Source: Longimicrobiales bacterium (GTDB taxonomy: Bacteria; Gemmatimonadota; Gemmatimonadetes; Longimicrobiales; Gaopeijiaceae). Taken from it: a stretch of 64,000 nt of DNA. A model generated the notes under the pieces. The model searched no databases and was not told the origin of the DNA. It worked only from the letters and a program-made list of their open reading frames with translations. Shown piece by piece: positions 1 through 9,476 of this stretch; position 1 is the first letter of the stretch; each line of letters starts with the position of its first letter. Made by a program: the position numbers and the translations under genes. The stretch is from positions 1-64,000 of the forward strand of contig CAXXKM010000003.1 in the NCBI GenBank assembly GCA_963664435.2. The letters run 5' to 3'.

Positions 1-1
1 C

Positions 2-316
2 TTCGACATGCCCGAGACCGCGCATCTGGATGGGGCATCGTCGTTCGTCTTCGCCATCCCCGCGCCCGAGGGATGGGCCGGCACCATCGGGCGCATTACG
101 CTCGACGGACCCGGCGGGACCGCAGTCCTGGACCCGGAGACCGGCGAACCCGCCATCATCGTCCGGGATCCGGCCAGCGGGCGCGTCGTCGGCCTGCTCA
201 CCGACCCGCCGCCAACCCTGCTACCTTCCGCGGACGGTCGGGCGAACTCGTCGCTCTCGGGCTTCAATGTCGTCGTCAGCAACGGCTTGCCCGAGGTCCA
301 CCAGGAGGGGCGGTGA
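2..316 (+). CDS. 3' end of a large surface or metalloprotease-type protein (partial, starts before the window)
   Basis: Open frame from the window edge to a stop at 314-316. FDMPE...SSFVFAIP...ITLDGPGG...RDPASGRVVG resembles C-termini of M66-like secreted proteins (recalled similarity). Confidence 0.5.
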   Translation, partial: FDMPETAHLDGASSFVFAIPAPEGWAGTIGRITLDGPGGTAVLDPETGEPAIIVRDPASGRVVGLLTDPPPTLLPSADGRANSSLSGFNVVVSNGLPEVHQEGR

Positions 317-439
317 TCCTCGCCAGCCGCAACACCGTGTTCGTGTGCTGGTGTCAATCGGCACGGAAAATGTCCCGACTGGCGTTGTGGATCGCGGCGA
401 CGGATTTCGGGGGTTGTAGCACCATGGCAGCAGACAGCC

Positions 440-505
440 GGGGTTCAAAGGGGCGGTGCCTCCCCTTGCCAGAGCGCTCACGTCAACGTCGCGTCGGCTC
501 GCTTC
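440..505 (+). other. Degenerate oriT-like motif (copy 1)
   Basis: GGGGTTCAAAGGGGCGGTGCCTCCCCTTGCCAG...GCTT aligns with the oriT-like block at 44427-44490. The nic motif is degenerate. Confidence 0.45.
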
Positions 506-530
506 CCGGCCATGGTGGGTCATGCGCCAG

Positions 531-713
531 CCCTGCGGACGCTGGCACTCGCTGAGGCGGAAGTTCGCTTCCGACCTCATGGACCTTCCGCTGAAGGTGC
601 TGTGCGAACTGGGCAGCTGGAAGGAGGCCCAGACGGTGCTGCGCTGCTATCAGCAGGCAGACTCGGTACAACTCAGGAAGGCTTTGGACAGTCGTCCGAG
701 GGTCCGCGCCTGA
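531..713 (+). pseudogene. C-terminal fragment of a tyrosine integrase
   Basis: RWHSLRRKFASDLMDLPLKVLCELGSWK...YQQAD is near-identical to the C-termini of the integrases at 17688-18842 and 41193-42365. The N-terminal part is absent. Confidence 0.9.
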
Positions 714-726
714 CCCAAACCAATCG

Positions 727-951
727 GCGGGAATCAATCAGCGGGAACCCGCCCGGAGAATCCCGTAAGCTAAACGCTCACAACGACATGTGATGCCAAT
801 GGCTCATGTCGCGGAGGATTGCTAACAGCCAACATCACGGCAGGAGATCACGTAAGTTCAATCAAGACTGCACGATCTGCCATTCTTGCCGTTGGCTCGC
901 ATCTGATGCATCCGTTCCGAAACAGCGAGGAAGCGGGGTGGAAAAGCGGGA
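727..951 (+). repeat. Integrase-associated att/arm-like region
   Basis: Paired GCGGG(A) direct repeats at 727/741 and 933/946. 727-797 resembles 18856-18932, and 834-894 matches 59496-59556 (48/61 nt, ungapped, by hand). Confidence 0.55.
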
Positions 952-1107
952 ATTCGGAGGGCGGTTTCGAATCGCTGTTTCGAGCGCCTTCTTTGGTGTC
1001 TGCCGTGTGAATGCCAGAGTGGGAGTCGACTGGAGAGAGCCGAGTGAAGCGTATGGAATCCGGAGTCGGCTGGGCCACAGGATCGCGTATCTGCCCCCTC
1101 CATGAAT

Positions 1108-2739
1108 TCACCGCTCCCGTGCCAAGGACCTGAACAGCCCGGCGATCATGAACAACAGAACGACACTCACGGGCAGGGCGGCGGCTATCGCCGCGGTCTG
1201 CAAGGCCTGGAGACCGTCGGCAAGCAGTAGCACGGCGGCCACCACTCCGACGCCGAGCCCCCAGACGATGCGGAAACGTCGAGGCGGGGGGGCGTCCCCC
1301 ATGCTCAGGAAGGTGGTGATGACAAGGGTGCCGGAGTCCGATGAGGTAACGAACCATGTGGCCAAGAGTAGGGTGGCCATGGCGGACATGGCCCAAGTGA
1401 GCCAGCCGATGTCGCTCATCCGGCCGATGGTCGCGTAGAGCGCGGCTTCGTAATTCGCATCCCGCACCAGTTCCATGATCCCGGCCGTTCCGACACCGCC
1501 AAGGGCGTTGAGTTCCAGGTGGATGGCGTTGCCGCCGAAAATCCCGAACCACAGCAGCACCAGACCGGTCGGGACAAACATCACGCCGAGGATGAACTCG
1601 CGCAGCGTACGTCCGCGGGAGATGCGGGCGATGAACGTGCCGACGAAGGGCGCCCAGGAGATCCACCATCCCCAGTAGAAGATCGTCCAAGCGTTCTGCC
1701 AGGCGGCTTCCCCCGGATCACCGGCGATCCAGACTGACATGGGCGCCAGGCGCCACAGGTACTCGCCGAGGGAGGTGGCAACGAATCCGGCGAGCCATGT
1801 GAAGGGGCCCAGCAACAGGAAGCAACCCAACAGGAGGATGCTCACGCGGATGTTCCACTCCGACAGGACGCGGATCCCGCGGTTCACGCCGGACACCGCC
1901 GACAGGGTGGCCGCCAGCGAGATGGCGGCGATGAGCGCGACCTGCGTGACGCGACCGGGATCGACGCCGAGCAGCACGTCGAGTCCGGTGGCCATCTGGC
2001 TTGCCCCCAGGCCCAGGGAGGTCGCGATGCCGAAGACCCCGCCAAACACCGCAAGCAGGTCCACCAGGTCGCCGATCGGGCCGTAGATGCGGTCGCCGAT
2101 TAGCGGGTACAGAGCAGAGCGGAGCGTCAGCGGCAGCTTCTTGCGAAAGCCGAAGTAGGCCAGACACAGCCCGACCACGACGTACACGGACCATCCATGT
2201 ATGCCCCAATGGAAGTAGGTGACGCGCATGGCGTGCACGGCGCGCTGCTCGTCCAGCGCCATCGCGCCCGCCAAGTCGGCGCTCGGGTTGTTGGGGTAGC
2301 CCGCGGCCTGGCTGGTGTCGAAATAGAAGAGCGGTTCGGCGATGGAGAAGAACAGCAATCCGATCCCGATACCTGCCGAGAACAGCATGGCGAGCCAGGA
2401 GGATGTCTTGAACTCGGGTGAGGAAGCGTCATCGCTGAGCCGGATCCTGCCGTAGCGGCTGCACACCAGGAATAGGCAAGCCAGCACGTTGGTGCAGACG
2501 ACCAGGAAGTAGAACCAGCCGAGCGTGCCCTCGATCCAAGAGCGGATGCGTCCGAAGACGGCGCCAGCGGCATCCACGTCCCAGACGGTGGCGAGGACGA
2601 AGGCCAGGACGACGCCCTTGGCGGCCATCGCCATCACGGGATTCAGCCCCTTCCACAACCCGGCATCCGTGGTGGTGCGCCGGCGCCTCCCGGATGTCAC
2701 GGGTCGATGCCGGGCTCGCTCCCTACGACCCGGCCGCAT
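1108..2739 (-). CDS. BCCT family betaine/carnitine/choline transporter
   Basis: SWLAMLFSAGIGIGLLF, FHWGIHGW and WTIFYWGWWISWAPFVGTFIARISRGRT signatures. About 12 TM segments; start uncertain. Confidence 0.95.
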   Translation of the reverse strand: MRPGRRERARHRPVTSGRRRRTTTDAGLWKGLNPVMAMAAKGVVLAFVLATVWDVDAAGAVFGRIRSWIEGTLGWFYFLVVCTNVLACLFLVCSRYGRIRLSDDASSPEFKTSSWLAMLFSAGIGIGLLFFSIAEPLFYFDTSQAAGYPNNPSADLAGAMALDEQRAVHAMRVTYFHWGIHGWSVYVVVGLCLAYFGFRKKLPLTLRSALYPLIGDRIYGPIGDLVDLLAVFGGVFGIATSLGLGASQMATGLDVLLGVDPGRVTQVALIAAISLAATLSAVSGVNRGIRVLSEWNIRVSILLLGCFLLLGPFTWLAGFVATSLGEYLWRLAPMSVWIAGDPGEAAWQNAWTIFYWGWWISWAPFVGTFIARISRGRTLREFILGVMFVPTGLVLLWFGIFGGNAIHLELNALGGVGTAGIMELVRDANYEAALYATIGRMSDIGWLTWAMSAMATLLLATWFVTSSDSGTLVITTFLSMGDAPPPRRFRIVWGLGVGVVAAVLLLADGLQALQTAAIAAALPVSVVLLFMIAGLFRSLARER

Positions 2740-2827
2740 GCGTGAGGCTCACCCTGCCCATCGCTCTGCCGCACGCTTCACGCAACGGTCAAGACCGGCC
2801 ATGAACGCCGAGGCTTCTTGCGATTTG

Positions 2828-5437
2828 TCAGAACGAGACGGTGGCGGTCATGGATATGGTACGGGGCGCGCCGAGCCAAGCCGCGTTCTCGGTGATTGCG
2901 GACAGGTAGGGGGTGTCGAGCAGGTTGTTCGCGACGATCGAGAACTCGGTCGATCGGAACACGTCGCTCAACGCTTCACCTTGGAAGCTGACGTACGCGT
3001 CCACCGTCCAGTAGGCGTCGGTCTGCCAGTCAGCCGTCAGACTGACCCGGCGCGAAGCCGTGTATTTGGCCGACAGCCCTCCGCCCAGGGGTCCCGAGCG
3101 GTCGAGGGAGAGGACCCACAGCCGGGGCGGCACGCCCGTCACGTCGCTGCCGGGAACGATGCCCTGGCTGGCGTCGACGAGCGGATCGTCGGTCCCGACG
3201 TACTTCGAGTCGTTGAGCGTGAGGGCGGAGTAGAGCGATGTCCGGCCCGGCAACGCCACCGTGGCGGCCAACTCGACACCACTCGTTTCGATGCCGCCCG
3301 CGTTGAAGTAGGCCCCTCCTCCGGGGATCAGGTAGTTGGGTCCGGCGGAAGTCTGCGGGCCGAGGTAGAAGATCCGGTTGTCGAAGTCGATGGAATACAG
3401 GGTGGCGCTCAGGGCGAGCCGCCCGCCGGAGTACTGGACTCCGACATCGATGTTGGAGGCCGTCTCGGGTGCCAGTTGGTCCAAGCTGCGTCCGGGCACC
3501 TCGAGCAGAAGGCTGCCGATCGCACGGAAGTTCTCGGCGTAGCCCGCGAACAGATCGAGGCCCTCGACCGGCGTCTCGTAGGTGAGGCCGCCCGAGAAGA
3601 GCAGCTTCGAATCGGAATCGACGCCGAGGTCCCGGTCGATGCCGAACTGGTCATCGCGCGACACGGAGACGAGGTACTGCTTGACGCCGGCGGCCAGCTC
3701 GAACGAGCCGAAGTACAGCGTCTCCTCGACGTACCACTTGAAGATGTCCTGCGGAAAGTCCCACTCGTACTGGTGCCAGTAGGCCTTTTCGTCCCACTTG
3801 AAGTTGATCGCCGGATCCAGTATCCGGTGCCAGTCCCGGCCAAGGTCGCGGCGCGAGTCCTCGTACCAGATGCCGGCGCGCAGCGCGCTGCCCCGTCCGC
3901 CGCCGAACAGCACGGACCATTCCCCGTCGATGTTCATGCCGAGGCGGTTCTTCCCGTAGTGGCTGTGGCGGTACGATTGAACCGCCGTTGCCCCCGGGTG
4001 GCATGCCGGGTCGACCTCGGGACCGCCCGAGCCGTAGTAGTTGAAGATGTAGGACGACGTGCATCCCGGCACCGGTCCAACGGCCACACCATTGGCGTCC
4101 ACGAACCGGATCACTCCGAGCTGGCTGCCGCCCTGCACCGGCGCGCGGCCCGCGAGCTCCGACTCCGGTCCGTCCCCGTCGTCGACCAGGTCCACGATGA
4201 ACGGGGGCAACCAGTCGCCGCGCCCCGAGTTGTGATGGTTGTATGCGCCCACGCTGAGGGAGATCAGTTCGCTGACGGACCAGTCGGCCTTCACATAGGC
4301 GAGCGTGTTCTTGCGCCGCGTCTGCCAGCCGGGCCGGTAGAACTGGTTCAGATAGGGCACGCCGGGCCAGTGGCCGATCAACCGGTCCCAGCGTGGGTCG
4401 GCCCGGAAGTCCGCGTCGCTGTAAAGCCGCTGGTACACATCCTCGTGGATGTCGTCGTGCGAGAAGTAGCCGGTAAGGTCGAGGCTGCCGTGCGAGGACA
4501 CGATCTTGGCGGCGAGGTGCTCCCGCTCGTTCCTCGCCGAGCCCTCCATCCAGTCGGTCGCCTCCTGCCGGATCGCGGCGACCCAGGCCCGCGTCGTACC
4601 GCCGAACAGCGATCCGGTCTCGACCCGCGCGGCGAACCGCTGACCCTCGTTCTCGCCGATCGTCACGGAGGCCGTCCGGCTCGCCTCCTCCGACGGGTCG
4701 GCCGTCAGGAAATTGAGCGTGCCGCCCAGCGCCTCGACCGACCGCGAGGCGATGTCGGCGGTCCCCTGCGACACCTCGACGCCGCCGAGGTTCATCGGGT
4801 CGACGAACCGGTTCGCCTTCGCGCCGCTCCAGTAGTCCGACGTGCCGTTCGGGAATCCGTCGATGGTGGTGCCGATTTGTGCGTCGTTGTAGGTCGTCTG
4901 GAACCCGCGCATGACGACGTTGCTCGACCAGTCGTCAAAGGAGTACGCGTCCCCCTCCTGGACCGAGACGCCGGGAAGGTTGTCGATCACCGATGTCACT
5001 GCGGTGATGCTCGACTGCTGCCTCATCATCGGCTCCGCGACGAAATTGCGCGCGAAGACCGTGGGCTCCTCCGCCACGACGCTGAGCGGCGTGAGCTGGA
5101 AAAAGGGCTGCAGAACGATCCGGATCGTCTCGACCGCGCCCGCGGGTACCGTGACCGGAATCTCCCGCGCCGCATAGCCGAACAGGGTGGCGGTTACAAC
5201 ATAGTCGCCGGCGGCGAGAGCGGTGAATTCGTACGCACCTTCGGCATCCGTGACAGCTTCCGCGTCCACGCCGGAGCCGGTCGCCGTGACCCGGACATCG
5301 GGCAGGGGGTTGCCGGACACGTCCACGACCGAGCCATTGATGGTTCCCCCCGACTGCGCGGCCGCCGGTGATGCGGCCAGCAGCAACAGCAGCGCGGCGC
5401 GGCCAGCGATGGCAGCGATAAGACGAAAGATTGGCAT
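2828..5437 (-). CDS. TonB-dependent receptor with an N-terminal carboxypeptidase-regulatory-like domain
   Basis: Signal peptide, plug region (LPGVSV...RGF), NLLD...Y...GAPRTI motif and terminal Phe. Confidence 0.9.
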   Translation of the reverse strand: MPIFRLIAAIAGRAALLLLLAASPAAAQSGGTINGSVVDVSGNPLPDVRVTATGSGVDAEAVTDAEGAYEFTALAAGDYVVTATLFGYAAREIPVTVPAGAVETIRIVLQPFFQLTPLSVVAEEPTVFARNFVAEPMMRQQSSITAVTSVIDNLPGVSVQEGDAYSFDDWSSNVVMRGFQTTYNDAQIGTTIDGFPNGTSDYWSGAKANRFVDPMNLGGVEVSQGTADIASRSVEALGGTLNFLTADPSEEASRTASVTIGENEGQRFAARVETGSLFGGTTRAWVAAIRQEATDWMEGSARNEREHLAAKIVSSHGSLDLTGYFSHDDIHEDVYQRLYSDADFRADPRWDRLIGHWPGVPYLNQFYRPGWQTRRKNTLAYVKADWSVSELISLSVGAYNHHNSGRGDWLPPFIVDLVDDGDGPESELAGRAPVQGGSQLGVIRFVDANGVAVGPVPGCTSSYIFNYYGSGGPEVDPACHPGATAVQSYRHSHYGKNRLGMNIDGEWSVLFGGGRGSALRAGIWYEDSRRDLGRDWHRILDPAINFKWDEKAYWHQYEWDFPQDIFKWYVEETLYFGSFELAAGVKQYLVSVSRDDQFGIDRDLGVDSDSKLLFSGGLTYETPVEGLDLFAGYAENFRAIGSLLLEVPGRSLDQLAPETASNIDVGVQYSGGRLALSATLYSIDFDNRIFYLGPQTSAGPNYLIPGGGAYFNAGGIETSGVELAATVALPGRTSLYSALTLNDSKYVGTDDPLVDASQGIVPGSDVTGVPPRLWVLSLDRSGPLGGGLSAKYTASRRVSLTADWQTDAYWTVDAYVSFQGEALSDVFRSTEFSIVANNLLDTPYLSAITENAAWLGAPRTISMTATVSF

Positions 5438-5776
5438 GGCGGCGGGCTCCTATGGCTGTGTCCCCGGTACTTGGACGGTCGGTTGCAGGCTTCCTCAAAT
5501 TAGCGTCCGTGATGAACAGCGGCGAATGGAATGAGTGCGCCCCAACTGCCGGATGTTACCGGTTTGCTTGGCTGTCGCCATGTACCGGCCGCCACTTCCG
5601 CCCCCAATAGGCGGGCCACGGAGAGTCCAGCGGCGTCCGGTCAACCGCCGGAAGGCGTGGGCAGCTTGCCCCAACCGCTTGCTCCCCGACGTTCCGACCT
5701 ACAAGCTGGATCCACGCCAGCGGTCTTGCTCGCGACTCCCCCCCAACTCCGACCAAGCAACTGGAGAACCCCGGCG

Positions 5777-7081
5777 ATGACGTATCAACCGACCAGCGTG
5801 GACCAGTCCGACAGGATCGTCCCGATCAACCTGCGCCAGAGCGGCCGCACGCCGGTCGAGCTTCTCATCTCCACCAGGGTCCGGAAGTCCCCCTACTGGC
5901 ACCTGTCGCATGACGCGGGTTGCTGGCGGGCCACCGTCTACAACCGCATCTACCACCCCCGCGGCTACGTGCGGCCCGAGGAAGGCGGTGCCGCGGCGGA
6001 GCACGAGGCGCTGACCCGGGATGTCACGGTGTGGAACGTCGCCGTGGAGCGGCAGATCCGGGTCAGGGGACCGGATGCGGAACGGTTCACCGATTACGTG
6101 ATCACCCGGGACGCGACCCGCATCGAGCCGATGCACGCGAAGTACGTCATCCTCTGCAACGAGAAGGGCGGCATCCTCAACGACCCGGTGCTGCTGCGGC
6201 TCTCCGACCGGGAATTCTGGTTCTCGCTTGCAGACTCCGACCTCCTGTTCTGGCTGCAGGGCGTAAGCGTAGGGCTCGGGATGGAGGTGGAGATCGACGA
6301 AATCGATGTCTGTCCCTTGCAGATCCAGGGGCCGAAGTCGCTTGACCTCATGGTCGACCTGGTCGGCACGGGCATCCGGGACATTCCGTACTACGGGATC
6401 ATGGAGGCGGAGATCGCGGGGTGTTCCGTAGTGGTCTCCCAGTCCGGGTTCTCGGGCGAGAAGGGGTACGAGATCTATCTTCGGGACGCCACCCTGCACG
6501 CCGAGAAGCTCTGGCGCGCGGTGCTTGACGCGGGAGAGGCGCACCGATTGATGGTCATCGCGCCGGGCCACCAGCGCCGGATCCAGGCCGGAATCCTGTC
6601 GTGGGGACAGGACATCGACCACGAGACGAGTCCGTTCCAGTGCAACCTGGCGTACCAGGTGCCGCGCGAGAAAGCGGGAGACTACATCGGCCGGGCCGCG
6701 CTGGAGCGCCAGCGCGCCGAGATCGACGCCGGACGCCTCCCGTTCGCGATGGTAATGGTCGGGATGAAGCTGGGCGGGAAGCCCATCGACGACTACGCCC
6801 CGGACTTCTGGCTCGTGTCGGACGGGGACGGCGGCGATCCCATCGGCTATCTCACTTCGCCATGGCACGCCCCGGAACTGGGCTGCAACATCGCGCTCGG
6901 GCACGTACCCGCCGGGAAGTCGGCCATCGGCACGGAACTCGCGGTGTGGCTGCCCGACGAATACGCCAGCGAGCCGGGCCGACCGGACCCTGCGCGGGTG
7001 TGCGAGGTTCCCTTTCGCCCCTCCGTGAACCCCAGCGCACGCGAGGTGGCGCTTGCCCAGGGCCTCGACGCGGCGGTCTGA
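5777..7081 (+). CDS. GcvT-family THF-dependent demethylase/aminomethyltransferase (DmdA/LigM-like)
   Basis: STRVRKSPY...TVYN, VAVERQI, GGILNDPVLL, IQGPKS and SGFSGEKGYEI motifs. RBS GGAGA precedes the ATG at 5777. Confidence 0.85.
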   Translation: MTYQPTSVDQSDRIVPINLRQSGRTPVELLISTRVRKSPYWHLSHDAGCWRATVYNRIYHPRGYVRPEEGGAAAEHEALTRDVTVWNVAVERQIRVRGPDAERFTDYVITRDATRIEPMHAKYVILCNEKGGILNDPVLLRLSDREFWFSLADSDLLFWLQGVSVGLGMEVEIDEIDVCPLQIQGPKSLDLMVDLVGTGIRDIPYYGIMEAEIAGCSVVVSQSGFSGEKGYEIYLRDATLHAEKLWRAVLDAGEAHRLMVIAPGHQRRIQAGILSWGQDIDHETSPFQCNLAYQVPREKAGDYIGRAALERQRAEIDAGRLPFAMVMVGMKLGGKPIDDYAPDFWLVSDGDGGDPIGYLTSPWHAPELGCNIALGHVPAGKSAIGTELAVWLPDEYASEPGRPDPARVCEVPFRPSVNPSAREVALAQGLDAAV

Positions 7082-7128
7082 GGGGGTCACCCGTCGACTC
7101 ACGGCTTCTCTTTGACTCGGTGCGGGGT

Positions 7129-8001
7129 TCAGCTCGGATTGGGGTTTCGCAAAGCCGACAGCCAATCGGCGGAATCCGCCAGACCGCCGAAGGTGAACAG
7201 GTGAATGTCGACGGCCGGCATGTTCTCGTGATCGGCCAGATACCGGGCCAGTGCCAGCGCGATGGGGGTCGGTGACCATCTGCCCGCCAAACGCGCTATG
7301 CTTGGCCTGCGCTTCAACGCCCGTGCGGACGCCCCAACGCCGCAGCGGACCGCGTAGCCGATGAGCGCACTCAGCGCGACCGGCCCCGGCACCCCGATGC
7401 GGACCGGCAGTGTGCAACCGGCCTCCCTCGTCTTCGCCAGCCAAGCGAGCGCGGGGGCGGGTGAGAACACGAACTGCGTCACGATCCAGATTTCCGTACC
7501 CGTTGCCTGGGCGTATTCCGTCTTGCGGCGGAGTGTTTCGTCCAGATCGGCTTGGGCGACGAGGGGATGCCCTTCCGGATACGAAGTGACGCCAAGTCGC
7601 CGGAGACCGTGTTTGGCGGGTAGCCCGGAGTCGAGCAGGGCCGGCGTATCGGGGTAGGGGCCGGCGGGTACGTCGCAGTCTCCGGCCACCAGCATCAGGG
7701 TGTCCACGCCTGTCTCCACCAGCGCGGACAGCCAGTCGCCGAGTTCTTCCGAACTCCGCACCGAGCGCGCTGGCAGGTGCGGCACCGGCATCATGCCGGC
7801 CGCCAGCACCCGTCCGCACGCGGCGACCGTGTCCGCCCACCGGCCCTTCGGTGGGAACGGCACATAGACGGCGGACCCGCGCGGGAGCTGGCCGACGAGA
7901 ACTTCCGGCGGGGGGACTTGGCCCGCCGGGACCTCGACGGACGCACCGAGAGCCAGGTCGTGAAGCGCTGCACCGGTCCGGGTCTCTGGAGGAAGTGGCA
8001 T
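7129..8001 (-). CDS. metF: Methylenetetrahydrofolate reductase (demethylase-associated type)
   Basis: PVPHLPAR, YPEGHP, IVTQFVF and RIGVPGP...RCGVGAS motifs. Confidence 0.85.
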   Translation of the reverse strand: MPLPPETRTGAALHDLALGASVEVPAGQVPPPEVLVGQLPRGSAVYVPFPPKGRWADTVAACGRVLAAGMMPVPHLPARSVRSSEELGDWLSALVETGVDTLMLVAGDCDVPAGPYPDTPALLDSGLPAKHGLRRLGVTSYPEGHPLVAQADLDETLRRKTEYAQATGTEIWIVTQFVFSPAPALAWLAKTREAGCTLPVRIGVPGPVALSALIGYAVRCGVGASARALKRRPSIARLAGRWSPTPIALALARYLADHENMPAVDIHLFTFGGLADSADWLSALRNPNPS

Positions 8002-8065
8002 TCGGTACAATCCGGCTGATTGACGGCGGCCGGTAGGCTGCCGACCGATGGCGGGTTGACGATCT

Positions 8066-9181
8066 TCAGATCCGACCGCTACGGCGCAGCACCCTCAGGT
8101 GGGTGCGCACGTTGTCGTGCTCGAAGTAGGCGTCCTGCAGGTGGCGCCGTCCGTTCGAGCGCAGTGCGGTGCGACCATGCAGCACCCGGTGCCCGTCGCA
8201 CAGCAGGATCTGCCCGCCCTCCAACCGGAAGGTGACTTGGGAGCCGGGGGAGTTGACGCGCCGGGACAGCTCGTGGTAGGCGGCGTAGAAGTCGGCCAGG
8301 CGAGGCTCCGACAGGGGAAGGGTCTGCATCTGCGCGGTGTTGAACCGCACTAGACTTACCTCGCCATCGCGGTCCAGCCGGACCATGGGCTTGACCGCGT
8401 AGCACTCGAATTCGTCGCTGAAGATGCGGAACGGCACCGGCACCGCGCACAGCACGTCGAACTTGTCGGGGTGATCGCTGCGCAGTTCGTTGAGCAGGCC
8501 AAAGCCGTCCACGACCGTGGATTCGCCGCCTTCACACTCGTTCACCAGCATGTGCAGCGCCTGCACGTTCGGCGGCCAGGTGTAGCTGGTAAAGTCGTTG
8601 TGCGGCGCGACCGCCAGACCCGTGTGCGCGATGTTGTAGCCCTTCGGATCGACCTTGACGTTGTGGATGCGCTCGAACAGCACCTCGCGGATCGGGCCCA
8701 AACGGGTCGTGAGCTGTTCCGACGAATCCGGGTCGGTGGGGGCGTCAACGAGCACGCAGACCCCGCTTCGCAGAAACTCTTCGATCAACTCCGCTGCCAA
8801 GCGGTCGCTCGCCAGAAACCGCTGGTAGTCGAACCGCCGCGGCTGGAACCCGCCGTCCCAAGTGTGCCGTTCGAAGCGAGGCAGGCTCAGAAAGCCGTGG
8901 ATCTCGCTCGACCGATAGCGGGTGCGGTGCCCGTCAGGCCAGGCGATGCAGATCGCCTCGTCCTCGGATCCGGCGTGTTCGATGCTGACCTGCTTCGGCC
9001 TCAAGTCGCTGGTGACCCGGAAGAGGTGGAACCGCTTCTCCGTCGTCTGCACGACGCGGCACTCGCTGCAACCGCAGTTGTCGCGCATCCAGAGGTAGGG
9101 AAGATCGGTCTGCCCACCGTTGCTCCAAGTTGCCGACAAGGCATCGGAGTTCTGGGTGAGGCTGCTGATCGAGCGATGCAT
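8066..9181 (-). CDS. Fe(II)/2-oxoglutarate dioxygenase, gamma-butyrobetaine hydroxylase/TmpA-like (TauD/TfdA)
   Basis: N-terminal WMRDNCGCSEC Zn domain, plus PHND (HxD) and HRVLHGR motifs. Confidence 0.9.
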   Translation of the reverse strand: MHRSISSLTQNSDALSATWSNGGQTDLPYLWMRDNCGCSECRVVQTTEKRFHLFRVTSDLRPKQVSIEHAGSEDEAICIAWPDGHRTRYRSSEIHGFLSLPRFERHTWDGGFQPRRFDYQRFLASDRLAAELIEEFLRSGVCVLVDAPTDPDSSEQLTTRLGPIREVLFERIHNVKVDPKGYNIAHTGLAVAPHNDFTSYTWPPNVQALHMLVNECEGGESTVVDGFGLLNELRSDHPDKFDVLCAVPVPFRIFSDEFECYAVKPMVRLDRDGEVSLVRFNTAQMQTLPLSEPRLADFYAAYHELSRRVNSPGSQVTFRLEGGQILLCDGHRVLHGRTALRSNGRRHLQDAYFEHDNVRTHLRVLRRSGRI

Positions 9182-9476
9182 GGTCGATCCCTTGGGTCTT
9201 GGGGTGGTCGCCCCGTCAGCACGCTTGCGCAGGGGCTCGGTATGGGTGCCTGAGCTTGAAGCGCAGCGAACGCCAGCGCTACCGAGTATGAGAGTGCGCC
9301 CTTCGCGCGCGTGTCAAGCGCCGGACGCCGACGGAGGCGTTCGGTTTGCGCCCCAAGACTCCGGGTGTGCGCGAAGAGAGTCGGATGCGGGTCTCTGGGA
9401 GCATCCCTCCTCGACATGGCGTTCCGCTTTCGCCCACGCTCCCAGCGGGGAGTCCTCTTTGAGAGAGTCGGCAGGT

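Noticed and set aside
2525..5371. 948-aa ORF and other long antisense ORFs (e.g. 5699-7840, 19129-20850, 61567-63780)
   Set aside because: Shadow frames of well-supported genes in high-GC DNA, with no recognisable motifs.
5615..5720. Glycine riboswitch upstream of the gcvT-like gene
   Set aside because: GGAGAG...CCGGAAGGCG is suggestive, but the CTCAGG element and tandem aptamer are missing. An Rfam scan would be needed.
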